From IMG/VR virus record IMGVR_UViG_3300031539_000007, positions 49,044 to 113,043 of that record: a DNA stretch of 64,000 bases; one strand, 5' to 3'. Position 1 is the first letter of the stretch; the number at the start of each line of letters is the position of its first letter. The position numbers and the translations under genes are program-made. The DNA is from a virus. Positions 20,166 through 29,258 of this stretch are shown piece by piece. Under the pieces are notes generated by a model. It was not told the origin of the DNA, made no database searches, and saw only the letters and a program-made list of their open reading frames with translations.

Positions 20166-20465
20166 TTATTCTCTGCGCCTGTGCCACTCGGCAGACCATT
20201 CCTTGGTAGGATTCCACTCGCTACACATCCAGCAATAAGAGCCGTCAGGATAATAGCCCATACGCCAGGCAATCTCGTCCGTGACGCTGCCGTCGCCACA
20301 CAACGCTTCCCCAAGCGCCAGTTCTATCTCGCAGTCTGGCAGTGCATCAGGGCCAAGCCGGTGCGCGCCCTTCGTACACCTGTCGCAGTTAGCCCCTACC
20401 CAGTCCATGTACTGTGTGCCATTGCTGAACGGTCTCATGTCGTCAATCTCCCTTCCTTGGATCAA
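20166..20465 (-). CDS. Hypothetical Cys-rich protein
   Basis: FSNGT..W...NCDRC motif; coupled. Confidence 0.6.
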   Translation of the reverse strand: MIQGREIDDMRPFSNGTQYMDWVGANCDRCTKGAHRLGPDALPDCEIELALGEALCGDGSVTDEIAWRMGYYPDGSYCWMCSEWNPTKEWSAEWHRRRE

Positions 20466-20710
20466 AGCCTAGACAATTCCTTCCACAAGTCAGCATACTC
20501 TTGCAGAACTTCTCTGGCGGCATCTTCCCAACTACTGGATGCGCGAGCGTGGATGACGGGAGTAGTAGCGTCGGAGGAGCCCAAGTTAAAACTGTCATTC
20601 GTGGCTAGGTTTTCTATTTCAACGCTCGTCGTTTGAGACGACGGGCCAGGATAGATATTCTCGTACTGGTTAATCTCTGTCTCGTCTGTTTGCATTGCAC
20701 CGCCTTCCAT
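20462..20710 (-). CDS. Hypothetical protein
   Basis: GGAGG RBS. Confidence 0.45.
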   Translation of the reverse strand: MEGGAMQTDETEINQYENIYPGPSSQTTSVEIENLATNDSFNLGSSDATTPVIHARASSSWEDAAREVLQEYADLWKELSRL

Positions 20711-20730
20711 TATAAGTATCCCCTCCTACG

Positions 20731-20955
20731 TTAATCTATCTTAGAAGGATTAGCGCAGTCCAATTCACCTGGTTCCACACGGGCTATCAGCCGTACCAGT
20801 TCGCACGGCTCTGGCTCCCACTCGCCGTCAGGGTTCATGAACTCGTAGCCGCCAGGTACGCATCGCACTATCCCCATATACTCCCCCGCGTCAATTACAA
20901 CAACCCGCGCGTCTACTATCCGTTGCAATTCTTCCAAGAGCCTTGTGTCTAGCAT
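20731..20955 (-). CDS. Hypothetical protein
   Basis: Coupled ORF. Confidence 0.5.
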   Translation of the reverse strand: MLDTRLLEELQRIVDARVVVIDAGEYMGIVRCVPGGYEFMNPDGEWEPEPCELVRLIARVEPGELDCANPSKID

Positions 20956-21179
20956 GCGTCTAAACCCGCCTTCCCCTGCTCACAAGATAACCGCCGCCAT
21001 ACAGCGTACTCGTTAGGTACGGCAGCCCATACATAGAACGCCCTCTCTAACAGCCTCTCCAACTGAGCGGCAGAAGGCTCACTCCTCAGTTGCTCACTCA
21101 GCGCTTCTACTAATAGAAACATCCGCCCGTCAATCAGCCGCAGCGCGTAGCCGTCTTCTTGGAGTTCGCTTCCGTTCAT
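20949..21179 (-). CDS. Hypothetical protein
   Basis: GGGG RBS. Confidence 0.5.
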   Translation of the reverse strand: MNGSELQEDGYALRLIDGRMFLLVEALSEQLRSEPSAAQLERLLERAFYVWAAVPNEYAVWRRLSCEQGKAGLDAC

Positions 21180-21192
21180 CTATACCCCCAAA

Positions 21193-21432
21193 TCAGAATG
21201 GAATTTCGGTATCATCATCGTCTGTGCGTGCCGTCAGGTAGCATCGGGGCTTCCCGTAATGCGCCAGGTCAATCCCGCAGTTATAACTACATACAGGGTT
21301 TGCGGAGTCTCTCCGAACCCAGACTTTTTGACCGCACCAAGCACACCTCTCCAGCGCCGGGCGGCTTTGCCACCATTTAACCAACGCCCCACATAAATCG
21401 CGGATACTCCCAAGCGTCACCTCTGTTCTCAT
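21193..21432 (-). CDS. Small Zn-finger protein
   Basis: AGGAGGGGCGATG start; CAWC..CSYNC; ends DDDDTEIPF. Confidence 0.55.
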   Translation of the reverse strand: MRTEVTLGSIRDLCGALVKWWQSRPALERCAWCGQKVWVRRDSANPVCSYNCGIDLAHYGKPRCYLTARTDDDDTEIPF

Positions 21433-21665
21433 CGCCCCTCCTTTTGTGCTTCCACCAGTTCGACCGTAATAAGCTCCCAGCCTAACGGATACGCTGTGTA
21501 GCGGCGTTTCGCCCTGTCCGCTGCATAGCCAGTCACCAAGCGATCCAGCGCAGCTCTCGCCAACCCCTCGTCCAATGTCGCGTATACTATCTCGCATGGT
21601 TCGTAGTCCATGTCAGTGAAATTGTTCCCGTATACCGTCTCTTGTATCAAGTACACCACCGCCAT
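21429..21665 (-). CDS. Hypothetical protein
   Basis: Coupled ORF. Confidence 0.55.
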   Translation of the reverse strand: MAVVYLIQETVYGNNFTDMDYEPCEIVYATLDEGLARAALDRLVTGYAADRAKRRYTAYPLGWELITVELVEAQKEGR

Positions 21666-21668
21666 TGT

Positions 21669-21851
21669 CTACCCCTTGTCTTGTTCGTCGTTTGCCACGA
21701 TCAACTTGAAAAGCGCAAACTGATATTCGTATATGTTGACTTGCAATTGCGCGATAGCCAACCGCAAGGTGTCTTCTGTAAACCAGCACGGCGCGCCGTC
21801 CAGCTCAACTAGGATTCTGCCGTCTGTAATGGTTAATATTCTGATGTCCAT
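21669..21851 (-). CDS. Hypothetical protein
   Basis: Follows repeated promoter/RBS module. Confidence 0.5.
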   Translation of the reverse strand: MDIRILTITDGRILVELDGAPCWFTEDTLRLAIAQLQVNIYEYQFALFKLIVANDEQDKG

Positions 21852-22029
21852 TCTACCCCCCTTGTCTTTAGCATACGTGAAAACCTGTCTTAAAACCCAC
21901 CTACCCACCAACTAACCACGATTTTCCCGCTCATTTCGGCTTCGATTTCTACGTATGCCTGGGCCGGTAGCTCGTCGTCTACATCTATCTGTGCCCAAGT
22001 GCAATCGTCAAATAGGATCACTATCGTTC

Positions 22030-22317
22030 TCATCGCCCGTCCTCCTCGGTTGTCAAGTCTGCGGCGCTCGTTGTCGGGCGTGCCCACCACTGCCTCCCGA
22101 TCAATGCCTCAACCGCATCAAGCGCCTCAATCATTGCTGTTGCCGCGTCGCTGATCGCGCCCACTTTCGCGTTATGCTCATCGAGGCCACAATTGCACTC
22201 AGTATCGTGGCCGCAATAATCCGGGCTTTTCGGGCACGAGTACCAGCAGTCCTCATCTAATGAAGAATGCACACGTCGCCGCAGCGACTCGATTGTTGCA
22301 AGTAGATCGTAGGTCAT
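22030..22317 (-). CDS. Hypothetical Cys-rich protein
   Basis: AGGAGGGGCGATG start; CWYSCP..C...C.CG. Confidence 0.55.
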   Translation of the reverse strand: MTYDLLATIESLRRRVHSSLDEDCWYSCPKSPDYCGHDTECNCGLDEHNAKVGAISDAATAMIEALDAVEALIGRQWWARPTTSAADLTTEEDGR

Positions 22318-22565
22318 CGCCCCTCCTTCGTGTCTGTCAAATCTGGAAGTAGCGCTCCGCACATTTCGCAGTATGGACAGTGCTCTTCGCCACCTGGCAA
22401 CTCGTCTGGTTCAAAGTAATGTTGGTAGCCGCACCCACGGCACTCTATCGATATCAGTACGTTGTTCATCGCCCCTCCTCCTGTCTGTTACGTCCATTCT
22501 ATCACACTCGCCGTTTCTACCAAGTGTCATTTGTCACCCCTCCCTACGCTGAATGTTATCCCAGG

Positions 22566-22967
22566 TCACGTGAAAACCGCACTCGCCCTTCCCTCAACCG
22601 TGTACGCATTGCTGTTCTTCGCCCTCGCCCGTGCCCCAAATTCGTACACGTAGCTACCATGATATACCCTGGTGTTGAATGTGCGAAACCCTGTGAATGC
22701 TTTGTTACCAACAATTCTTAGAACTGGAAACAGTGCATTCTCTGGACTCATCAAAGGATTGTGTACCCTGATAATATCCCCTACTTGCAATCTGTCCGCC
22801 CCCCCCCTTGTCTTTAGTATAAGCAACCTAAGCACCTCGTAATCAGCATAGTCCCCCGCCGTCCCATACGCATCAAGCCACTGTAGCTCTTCGTCGTCCC
22901 TGTCGTATGGCGTTCCGTCACCACCCTCTTCGGCTATCGCTATCATCGGGTCGTCGTAGTACATCAT
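22566..22967 (-). CDS. Hypothetical protein
   Basis: First ORF of left arm after repeated promoter module. Confidence 0.45.
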   Translation of the reverse strand: MMYYDDPMIAIAEEGGDGTPYDRDDEELQWLDAYGTAGDYADYEVLRLLILKTRGGADRLQVGDIIRVHNPLMSPENALFPVLRIVGNKAFTGFRTFNTRVYHGSYVYEFGARARAKNSNAYTVEGRASAVFT

Positions 22968-23101
22968 CCGTTACCCCCCTTTGTCTTTAGTATACGTCTA
23001 AACCGCACCCGCCCGCCCGCCTGAGTTCTCCGTGTGTACCCGTTAGGCGTAAAACCGCCGCTTTCCGCGCGCCTGTGCGCCCAGGCAGGCAGTCTCCCAC
23101 C

Positions 23102-23129
23102 AGTATAGCACGTACAAGTGTAATGTCAA
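23102..23129 (-). promoter_or_regulatory. Leftward sigma70-type promoter
   Basis: TTGACA-16nt-TATACT with TG extension; shares TTGACATTACAC with promoter at 15705-15732. Confidence 0.7.
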
Positions 23130-23444
23130 ATGAGATTCGTGGATTTGTTGGTGGCGAGATGACCGTATTACGCAGGGCAAGTTTTCGCTCAATGATTCGA
23201 CGTGGGGGAGGTGGCCCGTACAATTGTACATCTTCAGACTATATGCATTATGACAAGTAATCGGACATATTCGGACATTCTACGTATTGTGGCACATCAT
23301 AGCATAGCATATCATACTATATTCTAACCACAACCGCATGGTCAAGCACTGCAAAGTTGGATTGTTAGAATTAAAGCACGCTCATAAGTTATTGCACAGT
23401 TAGAATCTCATCCGCCAGGTGCATCTCACGCCCGCAGAGCCACC

Positions 23445-23565
23445 CTTACGCGTAAGTGACTTACGGCGTGGGTTGTAATTGACTTACGCAGGTGTGTGTA
23501 ATTGACTTACGTATGCTGGCGCTTACGGCGCTGGTTGTAATTGGCTTACGTGTGGTGGTTGTGGG
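23445..23565. repeat. Imperfect ~23-bp tandem repeats (GACTTACG-N9-TGTAATT), iteron-like
   Basis: CTTACG cores at 23445, 23460, 23483, 23506, 23522, 23545. Confidence 0.75.
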
Positions 23566-23765
23566 TACAATTGCAGCATAGGCAACGCGCCACAAGGCCC
23601 TACAATGCCACTGTGGTGCATTCTAAGGCGCTGGCGTGGCATACAGGCATGTTGCTATGCTATCGCTCCACAAGCAGTGTGGGCTCGATTTGCAATTTAG
23701 TTTGAGCGTGCTTATCGGTGGTGCTCAAAACAGATTGCGTTTCATTATAATGGAAACGAGGAGTC

Positions 23766-23871
23766 AAACCACTACCGGTAGTGGTTTTGCAATATAGGCT
23801 CCCGTGGTCATAACTTTCGGCATGCTTTTAAGGTCGAGTTTCAAAAGTCGCTTACCCACTACCGGTAGTGG
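23766..23871. repeat. Two copies of palindrome CCACTACCGGTAGTGG
   Basis: 23766-23787 (22-bp perfect palindrome) and 23856-23871. Confidence 0.8.
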
Positions 23872-24025
23872 TTCGGCGATTCACAAACCCTAGATGTGGT
23901 GGCCCTGCAATACAATGTCGCAAGGCAACTGCCATAGCAATACTAGCGTGTTTGACATCTTCGCAGCGTCGCTTATAGTTAGAGTAGAAATTTTGATGAG
24001 TCGAGAGAGGCAAGGGGAGCAAGCA

Positions 24026-24274
24026 ATGGCAACGATAGATAGAACCAGAGGCAAGGCAGCGGGTAAGGGCAAGGCAAGCAAAGCAAACCCGGTGGTTACC
24101 ATAAGTAATGAGACTGTAGCATACTGGCAAGGGCGTTTAGATGATACACTGCGCACAACTGGCAAGCACACCTTCTCACGTGGCGAGAAGCAAGGGATAA
24201 AAGAAGATCGCTTCTTTACCCGGTCTGGTGAAGATAACTATCGTAGGCCATTCGGTACATTCGCACAGGAGTGA
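24026..24274 (+). CDS. Small basic protein
   Basis: GGGGAG RBS, ATG 24026. Confidence 0.55.
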   Translation: MATIDRTRGKAAGKGKASKANPVVTISNETVAYWQGRLDDTLRTTGKHTFSRGEKQGIKEDRFFTRSGEDNYRRPFGTFAQE

Positions 24275-24521
24275 ACTATGATAACTATAACGGCAGAAAA
24301 GGTAAGCGGAGATCTAGAAACTGCCATACTATATTGTACATACGCTGCACAATACTACTCACATTGTCCATTCTGTATAAATGGACAGATACAGGAATAT
24401 AGATATTTTAACAGCGACTTCCCGCAACACTTGCGGGAGAAGCTTATGCGAATTTTACGCAAACTGTAACAATCTGGAACTAGTCCAGATTGCAATTCCC
24501 TCACATATAGGAGCTATTGAA

Positions 24522-24746
24522 ATGAAACAGGTAATTTTGGCAATCGCGGTTGTAGTTATTATGTTGACGTTAGCTTCACCAGTGCTTGCGTTTGACAACG
24601 CTTCGGATAATACAGTGTGCTCCTGCCCGAAGGGGAAGTGGTTCTGCTGGTGTCCAGTAAGCACATGGACGCCCGGAGCTATTAAACTGGGTGGCGCAAC
24701 ATGGTTTAAGAAAGTCTCCAAGTGGGCTTGGAACCTGGGGAAATAA
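24522..24746 (+). CDS. Small exported protein (signal peptide)
   Basis: AGGAG RBS; MKQ + hydrophobic + VLA cleavage-like site. Confidence 0.6.
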   Translation: MKQVILAIAVVVIMLTLASPVLAFDNASDNTVCSCPKGKWFCWCPVSTWTPGAIKLGGATWFKKVSKWAWNLGK

Positions 24747-24771
24747 CTTACCACGTGGTACTCTAACATAG

Positions 24772-24822
24772 AGTATCACCCTATACCATACAGCATAACG
24801 TTGTATGGTATAGGGTGGTATT
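24772..24822 (+). other. Long hairpin (~23-bp stem, 5-nt loop)
   Basis: AGTATCACCCTATACCATACAGC / GTTGTATGGTATAGGGTGGTATT. Confidence 0.75.
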
Positions 24823-24863
24823 TTACGATCAAATTAACTTCCATAACACTATAGGAGATTGCA

Positions 24864-25361
24864 ATGTTTCAAAATCAGGTGCGTCAACTAAAATCCGTAA
24901 CAAAAAACGTCAACAAAGGCCAGGCGAAAGCCGCTGTTATCTTTGCGCAAGTCAAAACGCAGTTTCATGACGTGAAAAAGGCCAACCGGGTCAAGTGGGA
25001 GTTCTCCAATTTCTCCGAGTTTGTCACGGCAACCGGTTGGGCTCCCTCCACTGCTTACCAGTTGGCCCGTTGGGGGGCTAACGGTGGTGAACTCGCAGCA
25101 TTAGCAGTGTACGGAATCCAACACATGCAGGCGTTTGATACTGTTCGCGAGTGTACCACGCTTGACGCTTTCCTGGAAAAGTGTGAAGAGTTCCCGAACC
25201 CTTCGGATATTGGTGAACTGAAGTCATGGGCAGAAAGTGTGCAAGGCAAGGTTACAGATAGGGAAAGCTTGGAGCGCGACATCGCCAATCTGGAGAAGTC
25301 TATCGTGAATTTTACCGCGAAGCTTGCCGAAAAGAAAGCCCTACTAGCGGCCCTCCAGTAA
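24864..25361 (+). CDS. Hypothetical protein, HTH-like core plus C-terminal coiled coil
   Basis: AGGAG RBS; FSNFSEFV...GWAPSTAYQL; heptads at C-terminus. Confidence 0.7.
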   Translation: MFQNQVRQLKSVTKNVNKGQAKAAVIFAQVKTQFHDVKKANRVKWEFSNFSEFVTATGWAPSTAYQLARWGANGGELAALAVYGIQHMQAFDTVRECTTLDAFLEKCEEFPNPSDIGELKSWAESVQGKVTDRESLERDIANLEKSIVNFTAKLAEKKALLAALQ

Positions 25362-25371
25362 AAAAACAAAT

Positions 25372-25716
25372 AGCGCGCCTTCCCTATGGGAGGCTATGCG
25401 GCCCAGCGTGAAAATACTGGACAAACGACACGGGCACATGATCATGTGCCCGTGGTCATTCTATGCTATGGACTACGAAAGTGTTCTATGGTATAGAATG
25501 GCGCATGGTATTGTACCATGACGCGCGCCTGCAAGGGGAAAAAATTCTAGTCACTATAAAACCCTTGTGCAAATTGGAGTGCATGACTTGTATATGGTCG
25601 GGCATGCAAGCGATTGCATGCCTAGATACTAGGGGGAGCGATGTCCGCCGATTAAGTCATGACAGTTGACCGGCAAATTTGACGGTCATGCATTGCAATT
25701 TGCACAAGGGGATTTT
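25372..25716 (+). ncRNA. Candidate structured RNA/ssDNA leader of the palindrome array
   Basis: 26-bp perfect palindrome 25429-25454, GU-rich GAAA hairpin ~25461-25497, 26-bp long-range stem 25562-25587/25685-25710, inner hairpins. Confidence 0.5.
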
Positions 25717-25735
25717 CTGGTAAAAGGGGAATGCC

Positions 25736-25939
25736 ATGAGTATGCTGCTCGATCAGTACTTTCCAAGGGATAACGGCGAAGCTTCTGTGATTATTGCCGA
25801 AGCATGCCACGGGCAATTTTCTACGCTCGGAAGGTTCAAGGAAGCGAAAAGGCAAGGGCTGGGCATGCCAAAAACCGTAAAAATTCAGGGGAGTCTGCCC
25901 ATGCCTGTGAAAAAGTACCGGGCAATCCGGTACAATTGA
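25736..25939 (+). CDS. Array gene, hypothetical
   Basis: Ends 7 nt before motif 1. Confidence 0.5.
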   Translation: MSMLLDQYFPRDNGEASVIIAEACHGQFSTLGRFKEAKRQGLGMPKTVKIQGSLPMPVKKYRAIRYN

Positions 25940-25988
25940 CTGAAAATTCTAGTCACTAGAAAGTCACGTCAAAAAAGGAGCTATTAAA

Positions 25989-26219
25989 ATGAATACGTCG
26001 TACAACATTTCCAGCATGGAAGCACTCCGCGAAAAGAAAAAGAATGGATACGCGAAAGCCATGACTGCTTGGGGAGTCCCCGAATGGCTGCGCTTGCAGT
26101 TCTGCCAGCAAATCCGCGACACACACGATTATGGCGATGTGTGCGTCATCATGGGGAAAATTGACGCCTACTCGAACGCCGCAGGGCTGAGAGCATTTTA
26201 CGAATATTCTAGTGACTAG
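25989..26219 (+). CDS. Array gene, hypothetical
   Basis: AAGGAG RBS; ends SSD* inside motif 1. Confidence 0.7.
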   Translation: MNTSYNISSMEALREKKKNGYAKAMTAWGVPEWLRLQFCQQIRDTHDYGDVCVIMGKIDAYSNAAGLRAFYEYSSD

Positions 26220-26231
26220 AAAGGGGGAAAA

Positions 26232-26528
26232 ATGTGTCACGTAACAAACCATGTGATGGAGGCGCACGAGCGTCATCCTTTACTCAGGAAGATCATGAGC
26301 AAGGAAAAGTTCGCCTTGCTTATCAGTATAGTGTCACAGGAAAATTTTACGTGCGATATTGCCCTTGCCGTGTACGATTGCGGCGAAATTCTTTTGAATC
26401 CCACGCAGGATGAGCGTGGGAGATTTGTTGTTCTTATCGTGCGCAACAACAAAATTGTGTGCGCATGCCTATCTCAGCGTCTCGACGCGCGCCACTTGCG
26501 CGTCGAAAAAGTTGTGAAAATATTCTAG
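26232..26528 (+). CDS. Array gene, hypothetical
   Basis: Stop is first TAG of motif 1. Confidence 0.7.
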   Translation: MCHVTNHVMEAHERHPLLRKIMSKEKFALLISIVSQENFTCDIALAVYDCGEILLNPTQDERGRFVVLIVRNNKIVCACLSQRLDARHLRVEKVVKIF

Positions 26529-26552
26529 TCACTAGAAAAAGGAGAGCTTGTA

Positions 26553-26852
26553 ATGACTATGTTTATGAAGTTTTCGCGGGGTGGAGTGTTTGAAGCGGCG
26601 GAGTTTGGCGCATACAACATGATTCCGACCGGTGAACAGGTAGCTCCACCTGTCGCGGGTGACGTTGTTTTTGTGTCCAACTATGTACCCTCCTGCGACT
26701 TTAGCGGGCAGGTAGGGAAGATGGCCGCCGCAGAATCAAGAGGTGCGGCGGAGTGGGCCGCAAGTCACGGGCTGCGGCTTGTATTCCGGGGGTTCCCCGG
26801 AGCGAACATACGTAACGCTGAGGGGTGTATGCCAGCGTTGCTTTCCGTCTAA
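26553..26852 (+). CDS. Array gene, hypothetical
   Basis: Motif 1 + AGGAG RBS. Confidence 0.65.
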   Translation: MTMFMKFSRGGVFEAAEFGAYNMIPTGEQVAPPVAGDVVFVSNYVPSCDFSGQVGKMAAAESRGAAEWAASHGLRLVFRGFPGANIRNAEGCMPALLSV

Positions 26853-26910
26853 AAACTTTCTAGTCACTAGAAAAAGTCTAGTGGCATCAAAACCCTTAAG
26901 GAGTATTAAA

Positions 26911-27171
26911 ATGACTATCCAACGCACCAAGACCGAAAAGAAGTCCGGCACATCGTTTTCCGTCGGGGTGAATATCATCCTGGCAGGCAGTAAGGCCATG
27001 ACGCCTGAGCAACAGGAAAAAGCCTTGACCGTGGCGAAAGTCCGCGTCCTTATTGTCGATGCTGACAACCCTAAGAACGTCCTGGTCGATGAGACCGCAC
27101 CGGCACGCGAATTTTCCACGGGAAGCGTGGGCTATGGGCTGAATATCCGTAGCGCAGAATTCAAGCAGTAG
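26911..27171 (+). CDS. Array gene, hypothetical (REFSTGSVGY motif)
   Basis: AAGGAG RBS, ATG 26911. Confidence 0.7.
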   Translation: MTIQRTKTEKKSGTSFSVGVNIILAGSKAMTPEQQEKALTVAKVRVLIVDADNPKNVLVDETAPAREFSTGSVGYGLNIRSAEFKQ

Positions 27172-27241
27172 TGGTGTGCCCTCGTGCCACAGCGAGGGCG
27201 ATCAATTATTCTAGTGACTAGAAAATTTTAGGAGGATCGGG

Positions 27242-27430
27242 ATGGAATACACTATCGAGTTCAAGGAACACCTGGCGAAGAGTCTGGCGGGGCATATCGC
27301 CAGCAGCGCGGCCACTGGGCCGTACTCCGAGGTGCATTGTGTTGTCTGCGGGCGTGTGGGCGTAGTCGCCTACAACTACGCGGTCGAGAATCCCGGCGTG
27401 TGGGCCTGCGCCTACTGTAACACGGGCTAG
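27242..27430 (+). CDS. Array gene, small Zn-ribbon
   Basis: AGGAGG RBS; CVVC..CAYC. Confidence 0.65.
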   Translation: MEYTIEFKEHLAKSLAGHIASSAATGPYSEVHCVVCGRVGVVAYNYAVENPGVWACAYCNTG

Positions 27431-27521
27431 AACTCTTCTCCTGCCCATCATCCTCGTGATGGGCAGGCACGGAGAGAAAAAGGCGAAAATTATTCTAGTG
27501 ACTAGAAAGGAGAGGAGAGCT

Positions 27522-27749
27522 ATGAAAATTCAAACACTGTACGACCTGCGGGAACTGACAGGTTTTGTTAGCGGGACGGACTTGCAAGATATGTTCCACG
27601 AAATCTTGGGGGAGATGTCCCCAAGTGGCAATTGTGAAATAGGCGCCGCCGCACTTGCCAGTAACGATGTGGGCAAAGAGGCTTTGCGATTGCTAGCGGC
27701 CCCACTGGTCGACGTCATTGAGTCAATTATGACATACGGAATGTCTTGA
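27522..27749 (+). CDS. Array gene, hypothetical
   Basis: Motif 1 + RBS. Confidence 0.65.
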   Translation: MKIQTLYDLRELTGFVSGTDLQDMFHEILGEMSPSGNCEIGAAALASNDVGKEALRLLAAPLVDVIESIMTYGMS

Positions 27750-27787
27750 AAGCTAATATTCTAGTGACTAGAAAAGGAGTGTTTGTT

Positions 27788-27985
27788 ATGGATAAAATTT
27801 ATCTCGCCTACTACATCAGTAGGCGTGGGCATCACAAAGAAATCTTATACGTTGGGACAGACAAAAACGCCGCAATATCTCGCGTTGAAAGCTTCTGCGG
27901 CAGTAACATGTATGCCCAGGAATTCCTGGGCTGTGTGGAGACATGGACGGCGGGGCGACGCATCCTGCTGGAAAGGGTTGTCTGA
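27788..27985 (+). CDS. Array gene, hypothetical
   Basis: Motif 1 + RBS. Confidence 0.65.
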   Translation: MDKIYLAYYISRRGHHKEILYVGTDKNAAISRVESFCGSNMYAQEFLGCVETWTAGRRILLERVV

Positions 27986-28106
27986 ATATTCTAGTGACTA
28001 GAATTCCCTGGCCGCCACGAGCATAGCGCCGTGGATCACGCTTGTAGTCATCGGCGCGAAAAGTGCCGGGGATTCTAGTCACTAGGAATCTTTTGAAAGG
28101 AGAATC

Positions 28107-28250
28107 ATGATTACAATCAAAGTGGATGGGATTATCACGGTCGATACGTTTTCGTTCGAGGATGCGGTCGATATGATCGTAGAGGCGCTGGAAAAGTACG
28201 GCGTCGAGATTATGGCCGTGTATGAAAAAGTTGAAAATTCTAGTGACTAG
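28107..28250 (+). CDS. Array gene, 47 aa
   Basis: AAGGAG RBS; ends SSD* in motif 1; below ORF-track cutoff. Confidence 0.6.
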   Translation: MITIKVDGIITVDTFSFEDAVDMIVEALEKYGVEIMAVYEKVENSSD

Positions 28251-28271
28251 AAAAAGTCACGAAGGAGTATT

Positions 28272-28571
28272 ATGAACAAATGTTATACACAGAAGCGGTA
28301 TTCGACATGGTATGGGGCGGCGAGGTCATTGCCGAAGAACCTGAACTCGTCGCTAGGCCCGCCCCACTTTTCAGTGGGCGATAGGGTTATACAAAAGCGC
28401 CCGGTGTGTGGCGAACGGCTAACCGGCACGATTATATCAGTCGTTTATCCGCCACTTGTACTTGACGGCGCGCAACTATTAGTGGCGGGCTACGAGGTGC
28501 AATGGGATAATGGCGACCACTGCGCAAGCGTGCGCGAGCCGTATTTGACCAAGATAAATTCTAGTGACTAG
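28272..28571 (+). CDS. Array gene, SH3/KOW-like beta protein
   Basis: FSVGDRV..GTI..Y.V.WD.G; ends SSD*. Confidence 0.65.
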   Translation: MNKCYTQKRYSTWYGAARSLPKNLNSSLGPPHFSVGDRVIQKRPVCGERLTGTIISVVYPPLVLDGAQLLVAGYEVQWDNGDHCASVREPYLTKINSSD

Positions 28572-28592
28572 AAAAAGTCACGAAGGAGTAAC

Positions 28593-28796
28593 ATGTACAA
28601 AACCGTTGGGGACATCCCCGAAGATTATGTCCTGGTGCAGACAGACCATGAGGTTCAATCTGTACTTGAGTACATCGGCGTAACCGAAAATTATCCTTAT
28701 GTGTTTGTCAAACTTGACGAAAGTGGCGCTGATTATCTGCACGTTTATGGGTGCTACAGACTGTACCTTGGCGCTCCTGTTTACCAGGAACTATAA
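28593..28796 (+). CDS. Array gene, hypothetical
   Basis: Motif 1 + RBS. Confidence 0.65.
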   Translation: MYKTVGDIPEDYVLVQTDHEVQSVLEYIGVTENYPYVFVKLDESGADYLHVYGCYRLYLGAPVYQEL

Positions 28797-28807
28797 GGAG
28801 TATTATA

Positions 28808-28975
28808 ATGTGGCATTTTACAGAATCACTTGTTGGACAAAGAATGCTGGTAAAAGAAACACGCGCCGAAGTCTTTTTGACGGGCCGCCGCGTCTATGAC
28901 GGCAGTGTGTATATTTACGAGACCGACGCGGGCAACTTCCTGGGGGAAGAACTGTGCCGCGTTGGGTCAATTTAA
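28808..28975 (+). CDS. Array gene, hypothetical
   Basis: AAGGAG RBS; stop abuts motif 1. Confidence 0.55.
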   Translation: MWHFTESLVGQRMLVKETRAEVFLTGRRVYDGSVYIYETDAGNFLGEELCRVGSI

Positions 28976-29010
28976 TTCTAGTGACTAGAAAAAAGTCACG
29001 AAGGAGCAAC

Positions 29011-29226
29011 ATGAAAAACATTGCTACGGTTAAGGACGCGCTGCATAACGCAGTGCTTGAAAAGTCTGACTACGCTCGCGGTATTGTCGTGGGCGTGGTG
29101 GCTGCCATTATGGGGCAAAAGGGCTGCTTGTTTAAGACCGCCCTCAGAGAAGTCAAGCAGATGAAACCCGCAATCCATATCGAGAATCTGCCAGAATGCT
29201 GGCGTGAAGACTGGATGAAACTCTAG
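29011..29226 (+). CDS. Array gene, hypothetical
   Basis: Stop is first TAG of motif 1. Confidence 0.65.
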   Translation: MKNIATVKDALHNAVLEKSDYARGIVVGVVAAIMGQKGCLFKTALREVKQMKPAIHIENLPECWREDWMKL

Positions 29227-29258
29227 TCACTAGAAAAAAATCTCAAAAGGAGAATACA

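Noticed and set aside
23445-23565. Mini-CRISPR or guide-RNA array
   Set aside because: Units are ~23 bp, degenerate, and the variable parts resemble each other; no effector nearby.
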